From Chrysomallon squamiferum (taxonomy: Eukaryota > Animalia > Mollusca): a DNA stretch of 64,000 nucleotides. Numbering within the stretch: position 1 is the stretch's first letter; each line of letters starts with the position of its first letter. Both the position numbers and the translations under genes were made by a program. Location: assembly GCA_012295275.1 (NCBI GenBank), contig CM022665.1, forward strand, positions 35,898,001 to 35,962,000, written 5' to 3'. Of this stretch, positions 14,431-27,700 are shown in pieces. The notes under the pieces are model-generated. The model did not search any database. It had not been told where the DNA came from and worked only from the letters and a program-made list of their open reading frames with translations.

Positions 14431-15281
14431 TGAGGATGGCTGTGGGCTGACTGGTGCTGCATTAATTCCACGAAATGCTCTGAGCCTGTCCTTTCATGTA
14501 CGCAGTGTGTGTACACTTCACACTACATTCACATTGCTTGCACTAATAAGCTTGACCTACTTGAAATTATCATAGTATTTCATATGTATTTGAGTATATG
14601 TTTTTGTGTATAGTGTGTGTTAATGTATTTATGTATGAATATAAGTAAGTATCGGTGTGTGTTGGTGTGCATGAATATATGTATATATGAGTGTTCTTAT
14701 GTGTGTGTGGGTTTATTTTTGTATGCATGCTGAAACAGTTGAAATCTATCACATATAACACTATTTGAAAAAACTAAAAATCAAGATTTAAAAAAATAAG
14801 AAGAAATTATGATTTTGTAATCACCCAAGCAGTAAAACAATATCCTATTCTTGTATGTAAATACCCACATTACTGTTTAACAAGCAGCTTGTCTCAGACA
14901 TCATTGTCAAATATGAGTTAAAAACCACTGATATCTTTGATTAAAACAAAATAGTAGATTGGAATCTGTATCAATGCGGTTAGTTATATTTATGACAGTT
15001 TCTTTAAAATAAAATAAAATAAAATAAAATAAAATAAAATAAAATAAAATAAAATAAAATAAAATAAAATAAAATAAATAAATAGTTAAATAAATAATTG
15101 AAAAGGGTGAAAAATATTCAGGAATATGTCATTATCAAAGAATAAATAATTATATTAGACCATTTATTCATACTTTCACTTGTACACTATATAAGAAATA
15201 TTCTTAAGGTGAATAACCTGAAAATATAAAGCACTATCTTTAAGTTCAAACAGGTATAATTGTGTCTTTTTAAAGGCAAAA

Positions 15282-17668
15282 ATGTCAGCGAATCCAGGCT
15301 TTCTTGTTTCATGTCAATGGCTGAAGAATGAGCTTGACAAAGGATCACCAAAATCACTTATAGTGCTGGATGTGTCCTGGGACAAGGAAAAAAACTGTCA
15401 GGATGACTACACTAAGTAAGTCAAGTGTGACAACTTTTGTCAGTGTATAAATATCCTTGACTGTTAGTGGATAAACCTCAATGAACAGCATATTGCAAAT
15501 AACTGTATTTAGTTTCACACCAGCTTGTTAATATACCAGTTTAGTTTAGACTGGTGTATTATTAATATTCAGCTTTGTTTAAATTGGTTTATTATTAATA
15601 TTCAGTTTAATTTAGATTGGTATATTATTAATGTTCAATTCAGTTTAGTTTGGTATATTATAAATATTCAGTTTAGTTTAATATGTCATTATTATTTCTG
15701 TTTCCTTTAGCACATTATTAATATATCAGTTTAGTTCATAGAAGAGTATAAATATTCAGTATAGGTACATAATTAATCTTACTTTACTTTATTATTTTAA
15801 TAGTTTAGTTCAGTGTATCATATTATTTAGCTCTAGTTAGTGTTTATTTCTTTTAGAATTTAATGCAGATCAACAATATTTTCTTTGACAAATAAATGTT
15901 ATTGACTTTACATAGAATATATATATTTGTGTATTTACTTGGTCTTTGGACACACACACACTTACTTTGATTTTTGCAGCGTCCTTTTCATAAATCCCAT
16001 TCATTCACTGACCATGTGAAATAAATTCTGTAATAACACATATTTCAAAAGAACACTTTTCATTCATATTTACACAGTTACATGATATTTCATGGAACAA
16101 GGTCAGTATTATGTTAATTAGGTTTTTCACTAGAAAATGCCACTAGAAAAGCATAAAGAACAAGAATGTTGCCAGTGTTCAAAACTATCAATTTTTTATT
16201 TAATTTTTTTATATATTTTTTTTAGGCATGAATGATTAAAATAAAAGTAGTTTTGATTAATTACATAATACTGCTACAAGCTGAGGCTTCTGTGACAGCT
16301 TGGTACTCTAATATTTCTGATTAAACCCAAAGCAACACTTGTTTTTCCCGAAAAGAACACACACACGCACACATTTGTGTAAAAGCTAAATAAATCCACA
16401 AATAGTGTCAAAGCACATTCATTTATATACAATTGAATATTTTTAAAATAAAAATAAAATTTACATATTTCCATCCCATTGAAGACTTCCACAGCGACAA
16501 TAATAGTTATACTTCACATAATCATGGAAACAATAACAAACTGTTAATACAGAAAAGTGGAATTTAATAAACAAATACCAAAAGATGTTTATCTTTTTTG
16601 AATCAGATACAAACTTTTTAAAATGTTTTTTTTGTTTTATGTGAAGTGATTATTTATTTGCACTAATTATTCTATTTACATTAGAGATAAAACAAATTCA
16701 GTTAGCTAAGATAAATGAAAAAATATTGATATGACTAACTGATGCACCAGAAATATTATTATCTTTCTTGTTTTTAATTTCATTGAATATTTTTTTTTAG
16801 CGTCCAGCATAATTTCCAATCATCAAAGTTTCATATTTACACTACCTCATCCCAAAGCAAAGCAGAGAACGTATGACTCACTCTCATGCAAATGCAACAA
16901 TTGCAGGTGTAAGAGACAAAGTGTTATATCAAAAGACAACAATATTACACTTCTGCCTTCTGGCATATAAAACGTTTAAAACAAATAATATAAAATATAT
17001 GGCTACTGTTCTATAGATTTCGCATGTTTCGTCTCTCAGATTATGTCCTATGGAATAAAAAAAAAAAAAAAAATTATATGCATTATTCAGCAAACAGTAG
17101 TTTGAATATAAAAATGTCAGGCCCTGTTCAAACTAAATTCAGTATGCAATTTGCTTTATTTAGATGTATACGTTTAGTATGAGAGGACAGTAGTTTGGGA
17201 GCAACATATGTTTGTGTCACCGACTTGAAGGTTAGAAAAATTAATATTCCAGCTTTTGCATATTATTTTATGGATTTGCAATGAATAAGAGAAACTTTTG
17301 ATAATCATTTCTTTGTCATTGCTTTATCTATGTGATATTTCATATTTATTAAGGTTATTAGCCATATTATAATAGAAAAATTGAGAATGGATTTTGAATG
17401 ACAATGTTGAGCCTGTTACAATAAAGAAAAATTATGTTTTTATACTGGTGCAAAAGAATAATACATGTTATGCATTCACTAACATTAATTAGGTGTGCAA
17501 TATGTTTTCGTGCAGGAATTTTTTTCTTGAATATCAATATATGCCATTAAGCTTGGGCAGTTTTTAGAAACACACATCAATATTATGTTTGTTAATTACA
17601 ATCAATACTGTTATGATTAGAAAATTCTGTTGAAAAATTGTTAAAAGTCTTTTCAGACTAAAATAAAG

Positions 17669-17711
<43 letters not shown>

Positions 17712-20700
17712 AATGATAAAAAAACCTTATAATTTCTCTATGGAAATATGAAGATCAAAAACAACAGACACACATCAGTATGGAAAGCTTTGAAATGCAA
17801 TTTAACCATGAATTTTTTAGGGATAACATTGTTGTTCTAAAAGATAAAAATGGCTTTGTTGTTTTATGGGTTTTGGGGTTTTTTTTTTGTTTGCGTTTTT
17901 AACGTTTGGCAGTCTAAAATATATAACATCTGTTTTGGATTTTTTTTTTTTTTCTTCAATGTTATGGTTGCTATTAGGATATGATTGCTTGGTTAAGGGG
18001 ATGTATGATAATATCTCTTGCAGGAGTTATGGGTGACTTGTTTTGTCCAAAGCGTTTTGTTTTTGTTTACCAAAGGTTCACCCTGACAAAAGTAACCACA
18101 TTGATTGTCAGTTAGTGTTAACATAATTAAAGAGAGTGCTTTCACTACCATTATTATGTTATCAGAAAACTAAATACCCAGTTTTCATGTAAATTATCTT
18201 GTTTTTATTCCAACAAAATTAGAATTTTTTCTTTTTCTGCCATGTGATGCAATATTAAAACTATTTGAAATACAGTATTTGTGTTCAGCTTCCATAAGGT
18301 TTCTGGTTATATGTAAATGATAGTATACTACACTGATGACACTGATGATATAGAGCAGTTTTGATGTCATACTGCCATAAATGTAAAAACTTTATGTTAT
18401 ATTTTTTTATTTAAAAAATAGCAGACATTACAACTGTTTTTTTACTGGGGTTTTCTTATTTAAAAAAATTTACAATGGATAAATTTATAATATTACATAT
18501 ATAATATATATAAAACATGAACAGATTATATTTTTAAGAATGATGGATGTTATTTTATTTTATATATATATGTATATATATATATATATTTTATTTTATT
18601 TTACAGACAGCACATCCCAGGAGCAAAATATTTTAACATTTTGGATGCAGAACATACAGATAGGTTTCCTCGAAATCTTCCCAAGAAAGAAGTGTTTGAA
18701 AATAAGGCCAGAGCAGCTGGTATCAGCCAGGATGCCCATGTTGTTGTTTACAGTGAATCGAATGCTTGTGGATGGTACATGTCTGCTAGAGGCTGGTGGA
18801 CATTTAAAGTATATAAAAATCAGATCTTCTTGCCTATATATTTAATGACCTGTTGTAGAAACAGCCTTTTCTTGCAATCATTTATTATATATTAATGATC
18901 ATTAGGATCAAAACATAAATAAATTATCTGTTATAAGGGCATATGAGAATTTAATATTTGTTATAATATTTTATAAGTCATTGTGTTTTAAGCTACAGGT
19001 TTTTAAAATTCTTTTGGGATGCATAGTCATCTACTAATTAAATTCTGCATTTAAGTTGTATTAAAAGCTCTGAGAAATGTTTGTTGCTTTTGATCGCTTT
19101 TGTTTTTCAATTTTTCCTATATCCCAATCCAGTTTGGATGTAAATTCAGATTATTTTCATTTATGAGTTTTTTTTAGTTTCCCTAAGAAATCAAATACAG
19201 TGTTTTGTTATTTTTTGACCGTTTCCCAAAAGTTAAATATGCATCCTTTCTTTTCCTTACTCTTATGACTTTAATGTTTTCAGATATTTGGTCATGAAAA
19301 TGTTTCTGTATTGGATGGTGGTCTGGCCAAATGGAAGTCTTGTAACTATATGCTGACTGATAAAATAACTCCAGCACATGAGGTAAATTGTCCCTGGCAA
19401 CTTTAGATTTTGATCTTTGATTAAAACACAATAGATCAGATAGAAATAGAGATAAACTAATACTTTGAAAACCATGGTTATTCATTACTTTTTTTTTTAC
19501 TTTTCTGATACCTATATTATTATTACTATTACTGTTTTTGTTATTATTATTATTATTATTATTAATCATTTAAGTGCATCAGCAATCCATTTCTGTAATA
19601 ACATATATTAATTAAAAACATAGCTTTCAGAAATAAGTTAATTTCTAGAAAGCAATTTTATTTAACTTTTCAGTTTTTGTGTTTCTACAGCCAGGAAAAT
19701 TCAAAGCTATCTGGGATGGCACTCTCTACAGAAGCTATGAAGAAGTGTTAAACAATCTGAAGACCAAAAAGTTCCAAGTGGTTGACTGCAGAGGTGCTGC
19801 CCTTTTTAAAGGAGAAAAAGGTTTGTCCAGATTTTGTCAGAGTTTTTTCAAATACCATAAAAGGGCTGCTTTACAAGCTACTGGTTTTAGTGAATATATT
19901 TTAGAGTGATTTTCATTTTTAAAAAATGATTTTTCTAAATATTTAGAGCTGTTTATACAAAAATTACTTAAATCTTGAAAATCATTTGTTAATTTAAAAC
20001 ACTATTAATTTGTAGATTCTCTTGGACACTTAGAAGGTGCGTTCAATATCCCTCTGGCAAATGTAGTGGATCAAGACAAAATTCAGCTCAAGTCTGTGGA
20101 AGAACTGAAAGATGGTAAGATTCATATATTCTTCTCTTCTGTAGTTGTTAAACTGTATCTGAATCAGAATGTTATATAACTTTATTTGGTAAAAATATAA
20201 TACAAATTGAAATGCAATTAATCAATAAATATTTTATTTTATTTTACAGTTTTTTGTAAAGCTGGTGTGGAGTTGAATAAACCAACAATTTTCCACTGCT
20301 TTGCTGGATTGGCATCCTGTGGTGTTGCTATGGCAGCCATGCTGTGTGGATGCAAAGATGTTGGAATATACTATGTATGTATATAATACTTAACTAAGCA
20401 ACATTTTTTTTTTTTTTTCCCCACTAAATATTTCATAAAAATTTAAAAGTATTGTTACATTTGATTCTTAATCCATCAATGAAATGTATTATTAAATAAT
20501 AAACAACAAAAGATATCTGTAATTCATAAACTAGCATCAAAGAAATAAGTAAAACTGTTTTAAAAAACTAAAACCTGATATTTCTTACAGAATTTATGTT
20601 TTTCCATTTTGTATTTGCAAATAATTTAAATAAAACCATTTTATATAACAAACACTGGAATATAAATAACGGAACATTCTGATACAAAATAAAACAAAAA

Positions 20701-21481
20701 TTTTCAAAAAGAAGCTAAACATTGCTGAATCTATGTAGTGTTTAATTGTGGCCCTGTGAACTAAGCAAATGGCAGTTTCAATTAGTTTTTGTCTTTCCTT
20801 TGTGTGATTTCAGTTTCTGTCAGTGACTGTTAGGCCATTTTATTTCACTCAGGATATTATCATGTTCTGATACACCCCTCTGCATTGTATTCTAGACAGA
20901 CTGTTTTGGCGAAAGGGAGAAAAGCTCTCCATGATATGTGGCCCTTTGTTTTTCTAATCTATCCTAATCATTAAGCTTGGACACAGATGCCATCACTTTC
21001 TTCAATCCTGCTTAACTGACTCTAATCAGTATATTAATTTTAATTATTGGGATAGATTAGGAATTGGGGATCTTGCATTATACACGGTTTATGTTGGGAA
21101 TAACCTCAATTCAGTACTGTATAAAATGTCCTAAGTTAAAATGTGTTTTAGTATTGTCTCTCCAGCTTCTTCTAATATCAAATGTATCATTAGTATTGAA
21201 ATTATTAAATAACAATAAGGGTGATATCAAAATCTGCTCTGAGCAGTTTATGTATACCAAACATCCAAATAGTTTATATGACTGTAAATATGTTTATTGT
21301 CTACTTTATAGTGAAATAAAAACTAAAATTTAAAAAAAATAATAAAATAAAAAATATTATATGTATTGTGTTGGAAAGGCATCTGGCATTTAAACAAATT
21401 AATATAACAGTCTTTTGTTTTTGTTTGCAGGGTGGATATGCTGAGCTGAAAAATCAGGCTCCACATCTCCTTATCAAATGA
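15282..21481 (+). CDS. Tandem-domain rhodanese / sulfurtransferase of the TST/MPST family, 279 aa, divergent active site
   Basis: Exons 15282-15415 (MSANPGFLVSCQWLK...VLDVSW), 18607-18808 (HIPGAKYF...HVVVY...ARGWWTFK), 19284-19382 (FGHENVSVLDGGLAKW), 19691-19820 (FQVVDCRG), 20016-20114 (GHLEGAFNIP), 20250-20374 (KPTIFHCFAGLASC), 21431-21481 (GGYAELKNQAPHLLIK*). All introns are GT-AG and the total is 840 nt in frame. Confidence 0.93.
15525..15850. repeat. Degenerate ~30-bp intronic minisatellite
   Basis: Repeats of attattaatattcagtttagtttagattggtat and variants. Confidence 0.75.
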
Positions 21482-22934
21482 ATCCTGTCTCAGAACATGT
21501 GTCACATATTGTAGACACTTAATTATTGGTTTTTAATTTATTATTACCATAATGGTGTATGTGGGCATTTTTACAGTTATATTTTGAAGACTTTCAATAA
21601 TACCGTTTATCCCTTCAAACAAATGTCACTTTTTTTGTTGGCTTTTACAGGGTATTTACATCAGTTTTAAAAATATACTTTTAACATATTTCCTTCATTG
21701 TTCCAAAATATAATTAAATAAGCCAAAATAGCAAACAAAATGGAAGCAGTTTGTGAAGTAGGTTTATAAATGTATGAATATTTAATAATAATATGAGCAT
21801 AATAATTACCTATTTGAACATAACATTATTTTATAACATAAAATTATTTGGAAATGATTCATTAAAAACGATTACTGCTCCAATTTGTTTTGCAGGAAGT
21901 ATATAATTATTTAATTGTTGAAATGCAAACAATTATTCATTTAGTATAGAAATTTGTTTACTCCCATTTTAAATGTTTCCATTTTGAGCTTTTGAATTTT
22001 CTAATATTTGATATGTATCCAGCTTTTATGTTACTGAACGAGAGCAACAAAAATTAAAGAAAAGAAACAGATGATGTATGTAGTTACAGATTATTTGTAG
22101 AAGAATCTCTGAATAAAGAACACTCAATAGTTTACAAGACAGTTACTTTTATTTAATATAAATAATTATAAATTATATTCCTTATGATATTTTTTTAAGA
22201 AAAAAATCAGATATAGTTACTGTTCTTGTTTCTTCCAAACAGCCATTTCTTTTAAAGAAGATATTTGTCTTTTTGTTATTTTTCATTCATTTGAAATAGT
22301 TGTATTGCTTACAATAAAAATAAAATAAAAATTTGTTTATCTTGGTGTTAATATTATTTATTTTTATTTCACATTGAAAATGCTTTAAATGTTCACCTTG
22401 TATTTTTTCTGAGAATAAACATAGAATTCTGTTAACAGAGACCTTTTATGGTATTTGCTAATTTCCACACATGGATAAAATTTTCTTGAAGAAGTCGCTA
22501 AGTGAACCAATAGTTAAAATAGATTGGTAGTTACAGAGTATATAAATAATAAAATAATATATGCTTTATTGATAAATAGAGTTTCAAATTTTTCAACATC
22601 CACAAAATATTTTTTGTTTATTGTATCATATTGTATCAGCAATTACATAATCTGTAATAAATTTGTTATTTGGTATAAATTATTTTATCATTTCTTTTGA
22701 TTCTTTAATGGTTTTGCCAAATTATTTAATTTATCTTTCCAAATGATAAGTAAACTAAGTTTCACTGAAATTTAATTACATAATTTTAAAATGAAATTCC
22801 TCATCATTTTTTAATATGATGACATAAAAGTTTCCATTTACAGGAACCGTCTTACAACCAGCTTTATAAAAGTTGTGTAAAAAAACATTCCCTTGAGTGT
22901 AAGTAAGCAGTGAAAGGAACCTGCTGAATAATGT

Positions 22935-23300
22935 ACTTGAAATATTCCTTGATAATACTAATACCAAAAAGTGAATAGTAGTCCACTGCATAATATACAT
23001 AAAATATTCCTAGCTGATGGATGCAGAGTAATATACATACACATATATTCCTTGCTAGTACTAATCAAGGAACAGTAGTCCATTGAGTAATATACATAAA
23101 AATATTCCTTGCTAATTGAGGAAGAGTAGCCTAGTGAATAATATATATACATAAATATTCCTTGCTAATAATAATCGAGGAACAGTAATCTACTGATTAA
23201 TATACATAAAATATTTCTTTCTTATCAGGGAAGAGTAGTCCATTAATAATAAACACAAAATATTCCTTGCTACTAATCAGTGAAGAGTAGTCCATTGAAC
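22935..23300. repeat. ~50-60-bp unit minisatellite
   Basis: Repeated atatacataaaatattccttgctaata...aggaagagtagtccattga units. Confidence 0.8.
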
Positions 23301-23432
23301 AATCCATGCAGATTACCTGCTTCGTATCATCATAAATTATTATTTTGTGTATTTGTCTTCAAGTTATTAATGATTTGTTACATTAAATTTGTCATTTGAT
23401 GCCAATGGGGATCGGTATGTCTCTGGAGTATA

Positions 23433-24231
23433 CAGTGCTACCTCGACTTACAAGTTTTTCTTTGAGTGCCCCAACTTTGGATTTTTTGCTTTGAGTTGCG
23501 AGCCATAGTCCGAGTTATGAGTGAGCTTCAGATACGCCGCTATTAGTTGGTGCAATGAACAACAACATCCGCCCAGCATCCCGCGTCTCGCTCGTTTACT
23601 TCACGTGGTTACCTCACTGTGGAAGCATCTATGTTGTGTTGTGCTTGCGTTTTGTGCAGTATTTTGCCAAATTTCTGTTTTTTGGCCATGGATCCTAAGA
23701 AACTGAGTGCAAAGGACAGTGCTGAGAAGAAGAAGCAGATGATGTGCATTAAATTAAAACTTGAATTCATAGAAAAACATGAGCGAGATGTGCATGTAGG
23801 CGACCTGGCTAGGCAATACCGAATACAAGCGTACTACTTCTACTATATGTACCATACTGAAGCTGAAGGAGTCAATAAAGGCTGTAACTCCAGCCAAAGG
23901 CATTAAAATAATTTGTCTGATCTCCAAGACAAATACACTTTACAATTTATTTCTTTACATTCTGTTTTGTTTTTATACAATATTTGTCATTTATAAATAC
24001 ATTTTTCTTATTTAAAAACACTTTACAAAAAAAAAAAAAAAAAAAAAAAAATAAATAAAAAAAATAAAAAATAAAATAAAATAAAATAAAAAATGGGGTG
24101 GTTTTGGGGGCTGGAACTGATTAATGGTATTTCAGTTAATTTCAGTTGGGAAAATTGATTTGATACACGAGCAAATTGAGATACGATCTCAGTCACAGAA
24201 CGAATTAAACTCGTAAGTCAAGGTACCACTG
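23433..24231 (+). mobile_element. Internally deleted Tigger/pogo DNA transposon
   Basis: TIRs CAGTGCTACCTCGACTTACAAGTTT and (rc) CAGTGGTACCTTGACTTACGAGTTT match at 22/25, with TA on both sides. The internal remnant MDPKKLSAKDSAEKKKQMMCIKLKLEFIEKHERDVHVGDLARQY is a CENP-B/psq HTH N-terminus. The DDE domain is absent. Confidence 0.9.
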
Positions 24232-24587
24232 TATATTCCAGTATTTAATTCAAGGCCTCAGATTTTGTTCAGTATTTATTTTCTGCTATTTAAAAAGTAT
24301 TACTTATTTTACTGTTTTTGTTCAATTTCGAATCCATCATATTTTCTTCTTGTGTTCCTTAATTCACCCCCTCCTTTGTAGTTTAAAGGCGTACATCTAA
24401 ATTGAATTGATGATGAAAAATAAATGATGTAAAAAATTATTTTTTTTTTTTTTTTTAAATATATTATTCTTTTATTCTTTTTGACGAACGACTGACACTC
24501 AAACAAGTATGACAATAAAATAATGTTACAAAACATTTGTACACCGCCATTTTGTTGTAACGGCGGATTGACAACTTTATTTTTCCA

Positions 24588-24621
<34 letters not shown>

Positions 24622-24717
24622 TAAATAAATTAATAAATATCACGAGATTAACTTTTTTGGAATGTTTAAGCTGGTTCACAGAACTGAAGGAGGAATTTCT
24701 ATTAATAAAGAAAAGCA

Positions 24718-27700
24718 ATGGCTGCTCCCGATGAACAAGTCGTGGTTGAAAAATCCAAAGTTATCAAGCATGTTCTTAAAACAAGCAGTGAAAAACGTCT
24801 TATTGTTGTTTTAGAGAAAGCATCATTAGAAACTGTTAAGGTAATGTACGACGACAGAAGTGTGAAACATGCTTGTACGATCCATTATCATGGAGGCTTA
24901 AAAGTATGAGTTCCTACGAAAAAACTTGGTCAGAAACTGATAAATTGGATGGGGGATGGAGATACTCAGATAGAGAAATTCCAGAGAGAGAGAGATAATA
25001 AAATAATTTAAAAAGTCTATAGAAATAAACATTATCCTAATGTACACTAAAGCTTGTTGATGCAGAGACTTGTTTGTTTTCTTACACAACATTTTTCCAG
25101 TTAAAAGTTTAATTTTTTCAGCATTTTTGAGTAACAAATGTTAACTAATAACTAGTTAATAACAATCCTTATGATATGTAACTTAAAATTATATGTTGAA
25201 AGTAAAACATGATCGAGTGTTTTCATTGTAATAATAATTATTATTAATATTATTGATTTCATCAAAAAGTCAGTTCCTGTCTTTCAATTCTAGGTTGGAA
25301 AACAGTTTGAATTACTCAACTGTGATAGACACAAACATCTGAGCAAGAAGTTCAAGAAAGATATCTCACAGTACAGACCTGACATTGTACATCAGGTAAT
25401 GGGATAGTTACATTTAAACATGTACAACATTACATACATAGAAATTAAGACAAAGTGCTCGAAACAAGTGTATTAATATTTTTTTAAATGTTTTTAATTT
25501 TATAAACAAAAAAATAAATAATACTAAAAGAAATTAAATAAAGAAAAATTCAAAATTTATCTCGATAATTAAATAATTTCAAGATGAGTTTAAAAAATAT
25601 ATATCACAAGTAGAAATATATATATATATATATTTAAAAAAAAGAAGAAATACATTACAAGGTGATGAGGTCTGGGATTTGGTTGGTTGTTATTGTTTTT
25701 TAATTTGTTTGTTTTTCATAGTAAGTTTAGGAATGTGAGGTTAATTACAGCTGGTCTTGTTTGTTATTCAGTGTTTACTGATGTTGATGGACAGCCCTTT
25801 GAACAGAGCAGGTTTACTTCAGGTGTATGTTCACACAGAAAGAAATGTGCTCATAGAAATAAACCCACAGACAAGGATTCCCCGCACATTTGACAGATTT
25901 TGTGGTCTAATGGGTATGTTTATTAACTAAAAATTATTTTTAATACTTTCATGTTGGTGATCACATTAACAACATATTGTTTATTAAGAATGTGAACTTC
26001 TTGAAGAAGATTTGAATGTTGGGGATGATTGGATTGTTTTTAATTATATCAAATTCTTGGCTGTGAAAACTAAAATCTCCCACTTTTGGTTATATGAAGC
26101 AGACTGTTATTGTAAGACCACAGCAAGTTACAGGATCAGTAATCCTGTTTGGTTATTTCCTTTTATAGCCTGTCTCTTGGCATTGGTCATGAACATGTGA
26201 GAAATGTCTAGTTTCTTTTAAATAATAACATCTGGTATGATGTTAGCATTTTACTTTCTCATATATGAAGGATATGCCTAAAAACTAGTTAATATTAAAA
26301 TTTAAAACAGCTTATCTTTCTTTAAAAGGTTTATTAATTCTTGTAGTCTCTTATCTTTATTAAGTAATCATTTCAGTCAGTTGTATTAAGATGATATAAA
26401 TAGTGGGTGTGAATAATATATTTCAAGATATGTCAATAACATTTGACATAATTTGATTATCAGTAATTCCTGTGAAAGTAAAATATATAATTTTATATTC
26501 ATTTTGTTTTGTTAATTACAGTACAGTTGTTACACAAATTGAGCATTCATGCTGCAGATGGCCCACAGAAGTTATTAAAGGTATATGTTTTTGTCTATTG
26601 TTTTTAAAAAGTTCTTTGGAAGGATTATTATTATTTTATTTTATATCTGTAATTCCATTGTTACCATTAACAATATATTGAGTTTAATGGGAATAAAATT
26701 ATAAATTTTAAAATATATTTTCCACTTGTTTTTAGTGTTAGATTTGAATTTGCTGACCTTGCCATTTTCAGAAGTAGGGAAACTGAAATAGTTTTCTGCA
26801 GAGTTTTACATTTATAATCCAATATTCTTGTTTTATTAAACTTTGATACAAACAGTACTTAACACTAACCAAACCTAACATTATTTAGAAATACATAGTG
26901 TATTTAGATTTTGATTTCATGCTTGCAGGTATACTTTAACATTTGACTTTTAACTCTTTTTTTTTTTTTTTAAATAATTGCAGTTTTATAGAAGTCATAT
27001 ATGACGTTGTATTGTTTATATTATTAAATTTATTATTTCTTTATTTAAACCCCCCCCCAAATCTAAAACATTTGTGTTCATTTACATAATTCAAACAATT
27101 TAAAATGCATTCATACTTTAACATCCCCAGAAATAAAATAAATCTAAATATTAAAACTTTCACAGACATTTTACTTAATAATGTAAATGGATGTTTTATT
27201 TCATTGTTTTAGGTCATTAGAAATCCAATAATAGACCATCTTCCCACAGGTTGCACAAAATTGGGTCTTTCATTCCACACAGAAGAATGCGTCAGTATAC
27301 AGGATATTGTACCCAAAGATAATCCCATTGTCCTTGTCATTGGAGCCATGGCCCATGGAAGTGTGAGGATATTATTTAATACTATGAATATTTCTGAAAA
27401 TAAGTTATTATTATTATATTTCTTTTTTGTTATTTTTTAATTTATAGAAAACTAAAGTTTTTATGGCTAAATCTGTAAATGCCTGATTCTTTTTTTGAAT
27501 CTGACATACTCCAAAATATTAATAATAATTTAGCCATCAAGATTTCATTTACTACTAATATTATTTATTATTATTATTAATAATACAGATATTATACAGA
27601 CTACATCAAATAAGAAATATATATCTATATTTATATGATTTAGATATTCTTGTCATGTTGTATGAAATTGGTTTATGTGACAGCACTGCTGAAGAACATA

